The notes: generated by a model not told the origin, from the sequence alone. Positions 8,706 through 18,235 are shown, numbered from the stretch's first letter. The stretch is DNA of 64,000 bases from Acidimicrobiales bacterium (GCA_030447445.1 JAUJOW010000005.1:96053-160052), one strand, 5' to 3'. A program made the numbers and translations.

Positions 8706-10073
8706 GTGAGCGCGACGCTCCTCTCCCGGCGGGCCTTCCTGGTCCGCACCGCTGCCGCCGGTGCCGCGGGTGCCACCGGTGTCGGGCTCAGCGGACAGCG
8801 GGTCGGGGCCGAGACCGACACCGAGCCGTACGGGCCGCTCAGGCCGCCCGACGGCAACGGGCTGCGCCTGCCGGAGGGCTTCTCGTCGCGAGTGCTGGCC
8901 ACCACAGGCCAGCCGGTGGGTCGATCGGGGTATTCCTGGCACCTCTTCCCCGACGGCGGGGCCACCTTCGCCGTCGACGACGGCTGGGTGTACGTGTCCA
9001 ACAGCGAGAGCCCGCCGGATGCCGGCGGCGGGGTCGGGGCGCTGCGCTTCGACGCCGACGGCGAGGTGGTCGACGCCTACCGCATCCTCGCCGGGACCCG
9101 TAACAACTGCGCCGGTGGCCCGACGCCCTGGGGCACATGGTTGTCGTGCGAGGAGCACGAGGGCGGCCGGGTCTGGGAGTGCGACCCGAGCGGCGAGGCC
9201 CCGGCCGGGGTCCGGCCCGCCCTCGGCACCTGGAACCACGAAGCCGTGGCCGTCGACCCCGAGGCCGAGGTGCTCTACCTCACCGAGGACCACCCCGAGG
9301 GGCGGTTCTACCGCTTCACCCCCGACCGGTGGCCCTCGCTCGACGCCGGTTCCCTGGAGGCGGCTCGCGTGGCGGACGACGAGGTCAGCTGGCTCCCGGT
9401 GCCCGACCCCACGGCGTCGTCGTCACCGACGCGCACCCAGGTCCCCGAGAGCACCGCCTTCAACGGTGGCGAGGGCATCTGGTTCGCCGACGGCGTCGTG
9501 TACTTCACCACCAAGGGCGACGGTCGGGTCTGGCGCTTCGAGGGGGGCAGTTCCGGGCTCAGAGTGCTCTACGAGCCCGAGGGTTCCGAGCCGGTGCTCG
9601 ACGGGGTGGACAACATCACGGTGTCGCCGGGTGGCGAGGTGGTGGTGTGCGAGGACCACGCCGGTGAACAGGATCTGGTCGTGGTGGGAAGCCGGGGCGC
9701 CGCCGGGCGGCTCCTACGAGTGACCGGCCAACCGGGGAGCGAGCTGGCCGGGGCGGCCTTCGCTCCGGCCGGCGACCGCCTCTACGTGTCGTCCCAGCGG
9801 GGCGGCCCCGGGGGCATCGGCATCACCTACGAGATCACGGGGCCGTTCCGGTCGGCGGCGTCGTCGACCACCGGCGGCGACGTCCCCTCGACCACCGCGG
9901 CCGGGAAGCTGGGCGAGGAGCGGGCCGCGGGGCGACCCGAAGACGACGGCGACGGCATCGGCCCGCTCCCGATCGCCGGCGGCGTCGGCCTGTTGTTGGT
10001 GGCGGCGGCAGCCGGAGCGTGGCGCATCCGGTCCCGCCGCGACGAGGCCGTTTCCGAGCCCGAGCCCCACTGA
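8706..10073 (+). CDS. Tat-secreted PhoX-like / DUF839 beta-propeller protein with C-terminal hydrophobic anchor
   Basis: GTG 8706 gives VSATLLSRRAFLVRTAAAGAAG, a twin-arginine SRRAFL signal. NNCAGGPTPWGTWLSCEE is the DUF839/PhoX signature. The C-terminus is LPIAGGVGLLLVAAAAGAWRIRSRR. Confidence 0.75.
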   Translation: MSATLLSRRAFLVRTAAAGAAGATGVGLSGQRVGAETDTEPYGPLRPPDGNGLRLPEGFSSRVLATTGQPVGRSGYSWHLFPDGGATFAVDDGWVYVSNSESPPDAGGGVGALRFDADGEVVDAYRILAGTRNNCAGGPTPWGTWLSCEEHEGGRVWECDPSGEAPAGVRPALGTWNHEAVAVDPEAEVLYLTEDHPEGRFYRFTPDRWPSLDAGSLEAARVADDEVSWLPVPDPTASSSPTRTQVPESTAFNGGEGIWFADGVVYFTTKGDGRVWRFEGGSSGLRVLYEPEGSEPVLDGVDNITVSPGGEVVVCEDHAGEQDLVVVGSRGAAGRLLRVTGQPGSELAGAAFAPAGDRLYVSSQRGGPGGIGITYEITGPFRSAASSTTGGDVPSTTAAGKLGEERAAGRPEDDGDGIGPLPIAGGVGLLLVAAAAGAWRIRSRRDEAVSEPEPH

Positions 10074-10080
10074 GTGACGG

Positions 10081-10129
10081 GCGCTGCTCTCGGTTCCTGG
10101 TGCCGAGCCATCCGACAGGCGAGCAGCGC
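10081..10129. terminator. Two-tier hairpin between convergent genes (candidate bidirectional terminator)
   Basis: GCGCTGCTC (10081-10089) pairs with GAGCAGCGC (10121-10129). There is also an inner CTCGG/CCGAG pair. No U-tract. Confidence 0.35.
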
Positions 10130-10132
10130 TGA

Positions 10133-11554
10133 TCAGACCTGGAAGAGCACGTCGACGTAGGTGCGGAGTATCTCCTCCACCGTCCCTCGACCGTCCACCG
10201 AGGTCGCCATCCCGTAGACGGGGGCCATGGCCCCGACCGAGTCTGGGTCGGCCCGCACCTCGTCCACGGCGGCGGCCAGGTCGTCGACGAAGCGCTCGGC
10301 CACGCCGGGGCCGGTGTGGCGCAGGGTCGCGCAGAGGTGCACCGACGGCGGACGCTGGAGTCCGTTCAGGCTCCAGCCCCGGTGACCCATCCGATCGAGC
10401 ACCCCGTAGATGTCGATCTCGGGATCCGAGGAGCCGAAGGCCACCAGCCACAGCGAGTCGCCGTGCAGCTCGAGGCCCTCGATGCCGGCCACCCGGTGAC
10501 GGATCACGGCTGCCGTCTCGAGGATCCGGCGGGTGGCCTCGAGGTAGCCTGCTTCTCCGATCGACACGAGGGCGGCCCAGGCCTGGGCCGAGAGCGCCCC
10601 GGGCCGCGACCCGGCGAACGTGGGAGAGAAGTAGAGGCCGCCGGGCCAGTCTGCGCTCCGGTAGTACTGGTAAGCCCGGAGGTCCCGGTCTCGGTACAGG
10701 ACCACCGACGTGCCCTTGGCGGCGTAGCCGAACTTGTGGGTGTCACAGCTCATCGACGTCACCCCCGGCACCCGGAAGTCGAACGGCGGCACCGGGTACC
10801 CGAGGCGCTCGGCCCACGGCAGCACGAACCCGCCCAAGCAGCTGTCGGTGTGGAACCCGACACCTCGCTCCGCGGCCACCGCGGCCAGCTCCTCGATCGG
10901 GTCGATCACGCCCTGGGGGTACTGCACGGCCGAGCCGACCACCGCCACCGTGTCGTCGTCCATCATCGACCGGGCGGCGGCCACGTCGGCCTTGAACCCT
11001 TCGTCGAGGGGGACCTTGCGCAGCTCGATGCCGAAGTACTGCGAGGCCTTGTCGAAGGCGGCGTGGGCGGAGACGGGAGCGACGATGTTCGGCCGCTCCA
11101 CCGCGCGTTCGGCACGGGCCCGGTCGCGGTAGGTCTTCATGGCCAGGAGGATGGACTCGGTCCCTCCCGAGCTGACCGTGCCGCACACGTCGGGGGCGCC
11201 GGGGTGCTCGGGGCCACCGTGGAGCATGTCGGCGACCATGGCCACGATCTCGGCCTCGTACTTGGTGGCGCTCGGCCAGAGGTCCGAGTGCAGCGGGTTG
11301 GCCTGCGAGTTGAGGGCGTACACCTCGTTCATGAAGGCGATGTGGTCGGGGTCGCCGTGGTAGACGGCGCCCGAGGCGAAGCCGTCGCTCCAGCGGCGCT
11401 CCTCCAACGCATTGATCTCGCGCATCTCGGCCAGGACCTCGTCGCGTCGGCGGCCGTCGCCGGGGATGCGATGGTGGCGCTCGAAGCGGTCCTTGTAGGG
11501 CTTGAGCTCGGGTTCGAGCAGCTGGGCCAGGGCCTCTCGTTCAGCGGCATCCAT
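10133..11554 (-). CDS. PLP-dependent group II decarboxylase-fold enzyme, sphingosine-1-phosphate lyase-like
   Basis: 473 aa. N-terminal pattern [35 protein letters not shown] and PLP-lysine region [23 protein letters not shown] Shine-Dalgarno sequence before the ATG. Confidence 0.8.
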   Translation of the reverse strand: MDAAEREALAQLLEPELKPYKDRFERHHRIPGDGRRRDEVLAEMREINALEERRWSDGFASGAVYHGDPDHIAFMNEVYALNSQANPLHSDLWPSATKYEAEIVAMVADMLHGGPEHPGAPDVCGTVSSGGTESILLAMKTYRDRARAERAVERPNIVAPVSAHAAFDKASQYFGIELRKVPLDEGFKADVAAARSMMDDDTVAVVGSAVQYPQGVIDPIEELAAVAAERGVGFHTDSCLGGFVLPWAERLGYPVPPFDFRVPGVTSMSCDTHKFGYAAKGTSVVLYRDRDLRAYQYYRSADWPGGLYFSPTFAGSRPGALSAQAWAALVSIGEAGYLEATRRILETAAVIRHRVAGIEGLELHGDSLWLVAFGSSDPEIDIYGVLDRMGHRGWSLNGLQRPPSVHLCATLRHTGPGVAERFVDDLAAAVDEVRADPDSVGAMAPVYGMATSVDGRGTVEEILRTYVDVLFQV

Positions 11555-11565
11555 GGGGTTCCTCG

Positions 11566-11610
11566 TCGGTGGTCGGTGGTCGGTGGTCGGTGGTCGGTGG
11601 TCGGTGTCGG
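11566..11610. repeat. Heptanucleotide tandem repeat (TCGGTGG)x5 plus partial copies
   Basis: Read directly: five perfect TCGGTGG units at 11566-11600, then TCGGTG and TCGG. Lies between the FGGY kinase stop (11621) and the SPL-like start (11554). Confidence 0.9.
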
Positions 11611-11620
11611 CTGGATGAGC

Positions 11621-13165
11621 TCAGCGGTGGCGGTTGAGGCGGGCGTGGATCGGCTTGTGGGCGGCGTACAGACGGCGGAACTCGGCGTGGAGCTCGTCGT
11701 GGGTGGCCCGGTCGGCGGGGTCGGGTCGGAACTCCCGCTCGATGCGCACGGCCCGGCCGAGCTCGCTGGCGTCGGCGTGGCCGAGGGCCATCGAGGCCAC
11801 GAAGGCGGCACCTCGGGCGCCGGCGTGCTGGGGCTCGACCACCCGGCGGATCGGCCGGTCGAGCACGTCGGCGTGCACCTGGCACCACAGGTCGGACCGG
11901 GCGCCGCCACCGATGACGTTGAGCCACGGTTGCCGGCGGCCGGTGAAGCGCTCGACCACGTCCAGCAGCCAGCGAGAGTTGTGGGCGACGCCCTCGAACA
12001 CGGACCGCACGAGGTCGGCCCGGTCGTGGGAGAGCGACAGGTTCGTCCACCCGCCTCGGATGGTGTGGTCGTCCACCGGTGTGCGCTCGCCGTTGAGCCA
12101 CGGCGTGTAGACGAGACCCTTGCTGCCGGGTGGGCTGGCCGCGGCCTGCTCGTTGAGGCCCTCGAGGTCATCGGCCAGCCCGAGCTCGTCGCGCAGGTGG
12201 AGCAGGCAGGCGCCGGCCGTCTCGTGCTCGTTGGCGAGGAAGTACCGGCCGGGCAGGGCCGAGGGGAGGGCGGCCTGGTTGTGGCGCAGGTCGGTGCGCT
12301 TCCAGGGGACGTGGCAGGACAGCCACGACGACGTGCCGAGGTACAGGTGCCCCTCGAAGTCGCCGAGCGCGCCGGAGCCCAGCACGGCCGAGTGCACGTC
12401 ACCGGTGGCGGTGACCACGGCGGTACCGGGGCGGAGGCCCCACTCGTCGGCCACCGCCTCGGTCACGGTGCCGACCACGCTGGCTGACGGCACCAGCGGC
12501 GGCAGCTTCTCGCGGTCGACGCCGGTGATCGCCAGAAGGTCGTCGTCGTAGCGCACGGCGCTCCGGTCGCGGTTGTCGGTGAGCCAGTGGGCGACGATGC
12601 AGTCGTGGGAGGACACCGCTCGCCCGCAGATGCGCAGGTTGAGGTAGTCGGCCGGCTCGAGAAACCAACGGGTGGCGGCGTGCACGTCGGGCCGCTCTCG
12701 GGCGATGAAGAGGATGTGGGCGACGGAGTCCTTGCCCGAGCGGCTCGGCGCCCCACCGGTGCGGGAGATGAACGTGCGCAGCTTCCGGGGGTCGTATCCG
12801 AGGACCGAGATGCGGCCACCCACGGCTTCGGCGATGTGGGGCGCGCCCCGCGAATCCATCCAGATGACGGCGTTCATGAGCGGCTCGCTGGCCCCGTCCA
12901 CGGCCACCGTGCCCGACCACTGGGCGGTGACGCTGACGGCGGTGACGTCGTCGACGGCGACCTCCCCGCCGGCCAGCACGGCCCGCACCGCGGTGGTGAT
13001 CGCCCGCCACCACTCGGCCGGGTCCTGCTCGGCCCCCCCGCCGGGGAGCAGCACCAGCGGCGTCGACTCGGAGGCGTGGGCGGCGATGTGGCCGTCGAGG
13101 GTGACGAGGGCGGCCTTGGGCCCACCCGTGCCGAGGTCGATGGCGAGTACATGCTTCGTGGCCAT
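11621..13165 (-). CDS. FGGY-family carbohydrate kinase (xylulokinase/gluconokinase-like)
   Basis: In-frame ATG 13165 gives MATKHVLAIDLGTGGPKAALV, the FGGY N-terminal ATPase motif. The C-terminal FGGY_C pattern is GGGARSDLWCQ. Confidence 0.85.
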   Translation of the reverse strand: MATKHVLAIDLGTGGPKAALVTLDGHIAAHASESTPLVLLPGGGAEQDPAEWWRAITTAVRAVLAGGEVAVDDVTAVSVTAQWSGTVAVDGASEPLMNAVIWMDSRGAPHIAEAVGGRISVLGYDPRKLRTFISRTGGAPSRSGKDSVAHILFIARERPDVHAATRWFLEPADYLNLRICGRAVSSHDCIVAHWLTDNRDRSAVRYDDDLLAITGVDREKLPPLVPSASVVGTVTEAVADEWGLRPGTAVVTATGDVHSAVLGSGALGDFEGHLYLGTSSWLSCHVPWKRTDLRHNQAALPSALPGRYFLANEHETAGACLLHLRDELGLADDLEGLNEQAAASPPGSKGLVYTPWLNGERTPVDDHTIRGGWTNLSLSHDRADLVRSVFEGVAHNSRWLLDVVERFTGRRQPWLNVIGGGARSDLWCQVHADVLDRPIRRVVEPQHAGARGAAFVASMALGHADASELGRAVRIEREFRPDPADRATHDELHAEFRRLYAAHKPIHARLNRHR

Positions 13166-13232
13166 GGCCCTCCCGTCGGGCGAGGACCGTAGACGGGGAG
13201 CGCGGTCGGCGGCGGGAGTACCGTCCGCCGCC

Positions 13233-14024
13233 ATGACCACCCCAACGTTCCAGTCGTTGCGCTACGAGGTGGCCGACCACGTCGCCCGGGTCACGATCGA
13301 CCGGGCCGAGAAGCGCAACGCCCTGTCGTGGACGGTGATGACCGAGCTACGGGAGGCGTTCGACGTCGCAAGATCCGACGCCGAGGTACGGGTGGTCGTG
13401 CTCACCGGTGCCGGGGACCGCGCCTTCTGCGCCGGCGCCGACCTCACCGGCATGGCCGCCGACGCCGGGGCGGCGGCGGTCCACGACGCCCGTGGTGAGC
13501 TGGCCCGCCTGTTCCGGGACATGTGGGAGCTGGGCAAGCCGATCGTGGCCCGGGTGCGGGGCTACGCGCTGGCCGGTGGGTTCGGCCTGGCCTGTGCCTG
13601 CGACCTGATCGTGTGCAGCGACGACGCCCGGTTCGGCACCCCCGAGATCGACGTGGGGCTGTGGCCGTTCATGATCACCGTGCCCCTCACCCGGTCGATG
13701 CCGCCGAAGCGGGCGCTCGAGCTGATGATGACCGGTCGCCGGGTCGACGCCGCCGAGGCCGAGCGGATCGGCTTCGTCCACCGGGTGGTGGCGGCCGACC
13801 AGCTCGACGCCGCCGTCGACGAGCTCACTGCCGTGCTGGCGGCGAAGTCACCGGTGGTCATGAAGCTGGGGCGTGACTCGTTCTACGGAGCGTGGGACCA
13901 AGCTGCCGAGGACGCCCTGCGCCTGCTCCACCCGTTGCTGTCGGTCACCTCCTCCACCGAGGACGCCGCCGAAGGCATCGCCGCCTTCGTCGAGAAGCGC
14001 CCCCCGGCCTGGAAGGGGCGTTGA
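13233..14024 (+). CDS. Enoyl-CoA hydratase/isomerase (crotonase) family protein
   Basis: ATG 13233 gives MTTPTFQSLRYEVADHVARVTIDRAEKRNALS. Oxyanion region GAGDRAFCAGADL and GYALAGGFGLACACD. Confidence 0.85.
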   Translation: MTTPTFQSLRYEVADHVARVTIDRAEKRNALSWTVMTELREAFDVARSDAEVRVVVLTGAGDRAFCAGADLTGMAADAGAAAVHDARGELARLFRDMWELGKPIVARVRGYALAGGFGLACACDLIVCSDDARFGTPEIDVGLWPFMITVPLTRSMPPKRALELMMTGRRVDAAEAERIGFVHRVVAADQLDAAVDELTAVLAAKSPVVMKLGRDSFYGAWDQAAEDALRLLHPLLSVTSSTEDAAEGIAAFVEKRPPAWKGR

Positions 14025-14451
14025 GGGTTGGTTCGCGGGGCCTCGAGGTGAGGAGCGAGGCGGCGACCACGCCGAAAGCGACGTGATCGGCCCACTGCGG
14101 GATCGACGGCAGCGCTCGGATGGCGGGATACCGGCGGCCGATGACCCCGAGGTCCACGGCGGCGATGGCCAGGCCGGCGGCCGCACCCTGGAGCGGTCCC
14201 ACCTGTCGCGTGCGGGCCACGGTGGCCAGGACCGCCGTCCATCCCCATGAGATGACGGCGTGGGCGGCCACGCCGGCCAGCGCTCCGGGTCGGTTCCGCC
14301 GCCCGGGGAGGAGTGTGCCGGCGGCGCGGGCGGCGGCCAGCGCATCGGCGCCGGTGAGCACCGCCCAGGCGGTCGACGGCAGGCCGCTGAGGACGGCCGC
14401 TCCGGCGGCGGCCCGGAGCAGGTTGGGCCGCTGCCCGCATCCCCCGTGCAA
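13945..14451 (-). CDS. Hypothetical membrane protein
   Basis: The minus frame has very high third-position G+C (about 18 of 20 codons hand-checked at 14101-14158). Hydrophobic segments include AVISWGWTAVLATVA and GLAIAAVDLGVIG. TTG 14451 is a tentative start. The 3' tail overlaps the crotonase end. Confidence 0.4.
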   Translation of the reverse strand: MHGGCGQRPNLLRAAAGAAVLSGLPSTAWAVLTGADALAAARAAGTLLPGRRNRPGALAGVAAHAVISWGWTAVLATVARTRQVGPLQGAAAGLAIAAVDLGVIGRRYPAIRALPSIPQWADHVAFGVVAASLLTSRPREPTLNAPSRPGGASRRRRRCLRRRPRWRR

Positions 14452-14458
14452 GGCTCCG

Positions 14459-16066
14459 ATGATGACCGATCCACCGAAGCCGCAACCTGTCGACGACCTG
14501 CACGACTGGAAGCCCCTCGTCCACGACCTGGCCGAGCGCCGGGAGAAGGCCCTCGGCATGGGGGGCCCCGAGCGGGTGGCCAGGCAGGAGGCGATGGGCA
14601 AGTGGACGGTGCGGCGCCGCATCGACGCCCTCTTCGACCCCGGCACCTTCGTGGAGTTCGGCCAGCTCGCCGATTCCATGGACCCCGGCCTCGCCGCCAA
14701 GGGGTTCATGGCCGCCGACGGCTGCGTCACCGGAGTGGGGGAGATCGACGGGCGGCGGGTGGCCGTCTGCGCCTATGACTTCACGGTGATGGCCGGGTCG
14801 ATGGGCGCGGTCAACGAGCACAAGACGGCCCGCATGCGCGAGCTCGTCCTGCGCCAACGGATCCCGATCGTGTGGCTGCTCGACTCGGCTGGGGCCCGCA
14901 TCCAGTCCTCGTCGGGGTCGACCTTCGCCGGCGCCGGAGCGCTGTTCCGGGAACAGGTCACGCTGTCGGGCGTGGTGCCCCAGGTGGCCGCCCTCATGGG
15001 CCACTGTGCCGCCGGCACCGCCTACATCCCGGCCCTCGCCGACTTCCTGCCCATGGTCGGGCCGACGTCGTCGATGGCCCTGGCCGGGCGCCACCTGGTG
15101 AAGGCCGCGACGGGCGAGGACGTCGACGAGTTCGACATGGGGGGAGCCGACATCCACACCAAGGTCTCGGGGGTGGCCGACCTGGCCGTGGCCGACGACG
15201 CCGAGTGCCTGGCCACGGTGCGCCGCTACCTCGGCTTCTTCCCCGCCCACAACCAGGAGCGCCCGCCGGTCGTCGCCGCCACCGACCAGTCGGACCCGGT
15301 CGACCGCCGGGTGGAGGAGGTCTACGACGTGGTGCCCACCGCTCCCCGCCGGGCCTACGACGTGCGGCGAGTGGTGGAGCTGATCGTCGACCACGGCGAC
15401 TTCTTCGAGCTCAAGCCCGACTGGGCCCGCAACATCGTCACCGGTCTGGCCCGGGTGGGTGGGCAGCCGGTCGGCATCCTCGCCAACCAGCCCAAGGTGC
15501 TCGGCGGGGCGCTCGACGTGAACGCCGCCGACAAGGCCGCTCGCTTCGTGTGGCTGTGCGACGCCTTCGGCATCCCGCTCGTGTTCCTCCACGACGTGCC
15601 CGGCTTCGTGGTGGGGACGGCGGTGGAGAAGCAGGGCATCATCCGCCACGGGGCCAAGATGCTCTTCGCCATCTCCGAGGCCACCGTGCCGAAGGTCAGC
15701 GTGGTGCTGCGCAAGAGCTACGGCGCCGGGTACTTCGTGATGAACGGGACCGCCTACGAGGCCGACTACATCGCCATCTGGCCCACGGCGGAGATCGCAG
15801 TGATGGGCCCCGACGGCATGGTGAACATCATCATGCGCAAAGAGCTCGACAAGGTGCCCGAGGGCGCCGAGCGCGACGCCGCCCGCATCGCCATGGCCGA
15901 GGACCTACGCCGCAACATCGACCCCTACATCGCCGCCGGCCACGCCCAGGTCGACGACGTGATCGACCCCGCCGAGACCCGCCTCGCCATCTGGCGGGGC
16001 CTGCAGGTGAGCCGCACCAAGACCCTCCCCCGCCCCTGGCGCAAGCACGGCGTCCTGCCCGTGTGA
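14459..16066 (+). CDS. Acyl-CoA carboxylase carboxyltransferase (beta) subunit
   Basis: ATG 14459 gives MMTDPPKPQPVDDLHDWKPL... Typical AccD/PccB features are RIDALFDPGTF, FTVMAGSMG and DVPGFVVGTAVE. Confidence 0.9.
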   Translation: MMTDPPKPQPVDDLHDWKPLVHDLAERREKALGMGGPERVARQEAMGKWTVRRRIDALFDPGTFVEFGQLADSMDPGLAAKGFMAADGCVTGVGEIDGRRVAVCAYDFTVMAGSMGAVNEHKTARMRELVLRQRIPIVWLLDSAGARIQSSSGSTFAGAGALFREQVTLSGVVPQVAALMGHCAAGTAYIPALADFLPMVGPTSSMALAGRHLVKAATGEDVDEFDMGGADIHTKVSGVADLAVADDAECLATVRRYLGFFPAHNQERPPVVAATDQSDPVDRRVEEVYDVVPTAPRRAYDVRRVVELIVDHGDFFELKPDWARNIVTGLARVGGQPVGILANQPKVLGGALDVNAADKAARFVWLCDAFGIPLVFLHDVPGFVVGTAVEKQGIIRHGAKMLFAISEATVPKVSVVLRKSYGAGYFVMNGTAYEADYIAIWPTAEIAVMGPDGMVNIIMRKELDKVPEGAERDAARIAMAEDLRRNIDPYIAAGHAQVDDVIDPAETRLAIWRGLQVSRTKTLPRPWRKHGVLPV

Positions 16067-16135
16067 GATCTCGCTCTCACTCGGTCGCTGCTCTCACTGT
16101 GCCCCTACGGCCCGGAACCGGGCGTCGTTGCACGG

Positions 16136-18184
16136 TCAGCCGGCCAGCTCCAGCGCCGGCGGCAGGGGATCGGCGTGGACGAGCACCAGCTCCTGCACGG
16201 CGCGGGTGAGGGCCACGTAGAGGAGGCGCCCGCCCGAGCCGCCGTCGTCCACCGGCCCGAGGAAACCGGCCGGCTCGACGACAACGACGGCGTCGAACTC
16301 GAGGCCCTTGGCCTCGGGCGGGGCCAGCAGGGTGACCACCTCGCCGGCCCCGGCCCGGAGGCCCGATCCGAACGCCACCCCGGCGTCCTTGAGCGCCCCG
16401 GCCGTGGCGGGAAGGGTGGCATCGGTGGCCACGACGCCCACCGATGCCCACCGGCCGGCCAGGTCGGCCACGGTCGCCGCCGCCGTGGCGGTGAGCGTGT
16501 CGGCGTTGGCGGCGGCCACGACCCGAGGGGCTCGACCGTCGGTGCGCACTGAGCGCGACGGGCGGACGCCGGGGGCCACCGACGGCAGCAAGCGGTTGGC
16601 CACGTCGAGGATCGGTGCCGGCACCCGGTAGCCGAGTCCCAGCTCGGCGATGGTCGCCGTGGGAGGCGACCCGAGGTGGGTCACCGCCGCCTCCCACGAG
16701 TACTGGGCGGCGGGCGCGGTCGACTGGGCGAGGTCGCCGAGCACGGTCATCGACCCCGACGGGCAGCGGCGGGCCAACGCCCGGAGCTCCATCGCCGACA
16801 GGTCCTGGGCCTCGTCCACCACGATGTGACCGTAGGTGCGAGGTACGCCGTTGATGAGCGCCTCGGCCTCGTCGACCAGCACGAGCTCGGCCACCGTCCA
16901 CGGTTCGTCGTCGAGGCGGTGGCCGCCCTTGCGCCGCACGAGTGCCTGTTCGTCGGGGTCGAGCAGGTCGGCGGCGGCGCGGGCCAGGGTGGCACGACCG
17001 GTGAGGACCCGCTTCACCAGGGCCGGCGGGCTGAGCGACGGCCAGACGCGCCCGACGGCGGCGGTGAAATCAGCGCTGGCTCGGAGGGCGGACTCGAAGG
17101 CCTCGGCGGCGGCAGGGTCGTCGCGGCGGGCGAGGAAGCAGGCCACGGCCAGGCGCTGGAGCCGGCCCCGCAGGGCCGTGCGACCGGTGCTGAAGGGCAC
17201 GTCCCGAGCGAGGATCTCGGAGACGGCGTCGGCGACGTCGGCGGCGGCGACACTCACGCTGCCCCACGACGTCGACAGCTCGATGTCGGCCTCGGGCAGG
17301 CGAAGGCGCTGGCGGCAGGCTCGAGCCAGCACCTCGGCCATGCGGGCGTCGCCGAGGAGCCGGGCCCGGGCCGGTGCGTCGAAGGCTCGCACCCGCAACG
17401 CCGTTCCCGCCACCAACCGCTCCATGGTCGTCTGGCGGGTGGCCGCCTCACCGAGGGACGGGAGCACCTGGGCGATGTAGCGGAGGAACACGGGGTTCGG
17501 GCCGATGACGAGCACGCCGGCGCGGTCCAGGTGCTCCCGGTGCTCGTAGAGCAGGAAGGCGGCCCGGTGCAGGCCGACGGCGGTCTTGCCCGTGCCGGGG
17601 CCGCCCTGCACGACGAGGCAGGTGCCGAGCTCGGCCCGGATCACCACGTCCTGCTCGGCGGCGATGGTGGCGACGATGTCCCGCATTGCTCCCGTGCGGC
17701 TGCGCTCGAGCTCGGCCAGCAGCGGGTCCGGTATGCCGCCGTGGTGGGCGGCGTGCATGCTCTCGTCATCGTCGAAGACCTCGTCGAAGAGGTCGTCCAC
17801 CCGTGCCCCGGTCACGAGGAAGCGCCGCCGCCTGCGGAGGTGGAGGGGATCGGCGGCGGTGGCCCGGTAGAACGGCGTGGCCACCTCGGCCCGCCAGTCG
17901 ACCACCACCGGGTCGCCGCGTTCGTCCTCGACGTGGCGACGACCCACGTACCAGGTGGCGCCATCGGTGCCATCGAGGCGCCCGAAGGTCAGTGCGGGGC
18001 CGTCGGTGGCGAGGGTGCGGAGCCGGTGGGACAGATGGGCACGGGCAATCTCGGAGTCGACCTCCTGGGCGGCGTTGTCGGCCACGGCCACCGCTGCCTC
18101 GGTGCTGGCTCGCATGGCGGCGAGGCAGGCGTAGGCCTCGTCGAGGTAGGCCTGCTCGGCGGCGAGGTCGGGGTGGGCGGGCAT
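16136..18184 (-). CDS. helD: HelD-type UvrD-family helicase (RNA polymerase-associated helicase IV class), copy 1
   Basis: ATG 18184 follows a GAGGAG Shine-Dalgarno sequence. N-terminus MPAHPDLAAEQAYLDEAYACL, DWRAEVATPFYRAT, Walker A VQGGPGTGKT and VDEAQD. Confidence 0.85.
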   Translation of the reverse strand: MPAHPDLAAEQAYLDEAYACLAAMRASTEAAVAVADNAAQEVDSEIARAHLSHRLRTLATDGPALTFGRLDGTDGATWYVGRRHVEDERGDPVVVDWRAEVATPFYRATAADPLHLRRRRRFLVTGARVDDLFDEVFDDDESMHAAHHGGIPDPLLAELERSRTGAMRDIVATIAAEQDVVIRAELGTCLVVQGGPGTGKTAVGLHRAAFLLYEHREHLDRAGVLVIGPNPVFLRYIAQVLPSLGEAATRQTTMERLVAGTALRVRAFDAPARARLLGDARMAEVLARACRQRLRLPEADIELSTSWGSVSVAAADVADAVSEILARDVPFSTGRTALRGRLQRLAVACFLARRDDPAAAEAFESALRASADFTAAVGRVWPSLSPPALVKRVLTGRATLARAAADLLDPDEQALVRRKGGHRLDDEPWTVAELVLVDEAEALINGVPRTYGHIVVDEAQDLSAMELRALARRCPSGSMTVLGDLAQSTAPAAQYSWEAAVTHLGSPPTATIAELGLGYRVPAPILDVANRLLPSVAPGVRPSRSVRTDGRAPRVVAAANADTLTATAAATVADLAGRWASVGVVATDATLPATAGALKDAGVAFGSGLRAGAGEVVTLLAPPEAKGLEFDAVVVVEPAGFLGPVDDGGSGGRLLYVALTRAVQELVLVHADPLPPALELAG

Positions 18185-18210
18185 GTCGGCTCCTCGTACG
18201 CGCGGCAACG

Positions 18211-18235
18211 CCCCCCTCCGGCGAGCGGAGGGGGG
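18211..18235. promoter_or_regulatory. Perfect G/C-rich inverted repeat in the helD / biotin-carrier divergent region (operator or 5'-UTR hairpin candidate)
   Basis: CCCCCCTCCG-gcgag-CGGAGGGGGG, 10-bp arms. Lies 27 nt upstream of the helD ATG and 61 nt upstream of the biotin-carrier ATG. Confidence 0.3.

Noticed and set aside
10316-12487. Very long ORFs antisense to or overlapping real genes (for example 10316-12487, 13883-15649, 37262-39022, 48608-50281, 3826-5049)
   Set aside because: These are typical high-GC shadow ORFs. Their translations are Arg/Gly/Pro/Ala-rich low-complexity strings without motifs. The opposite strand carries clearly recognisable proteins with a G/C-rich third codon position.
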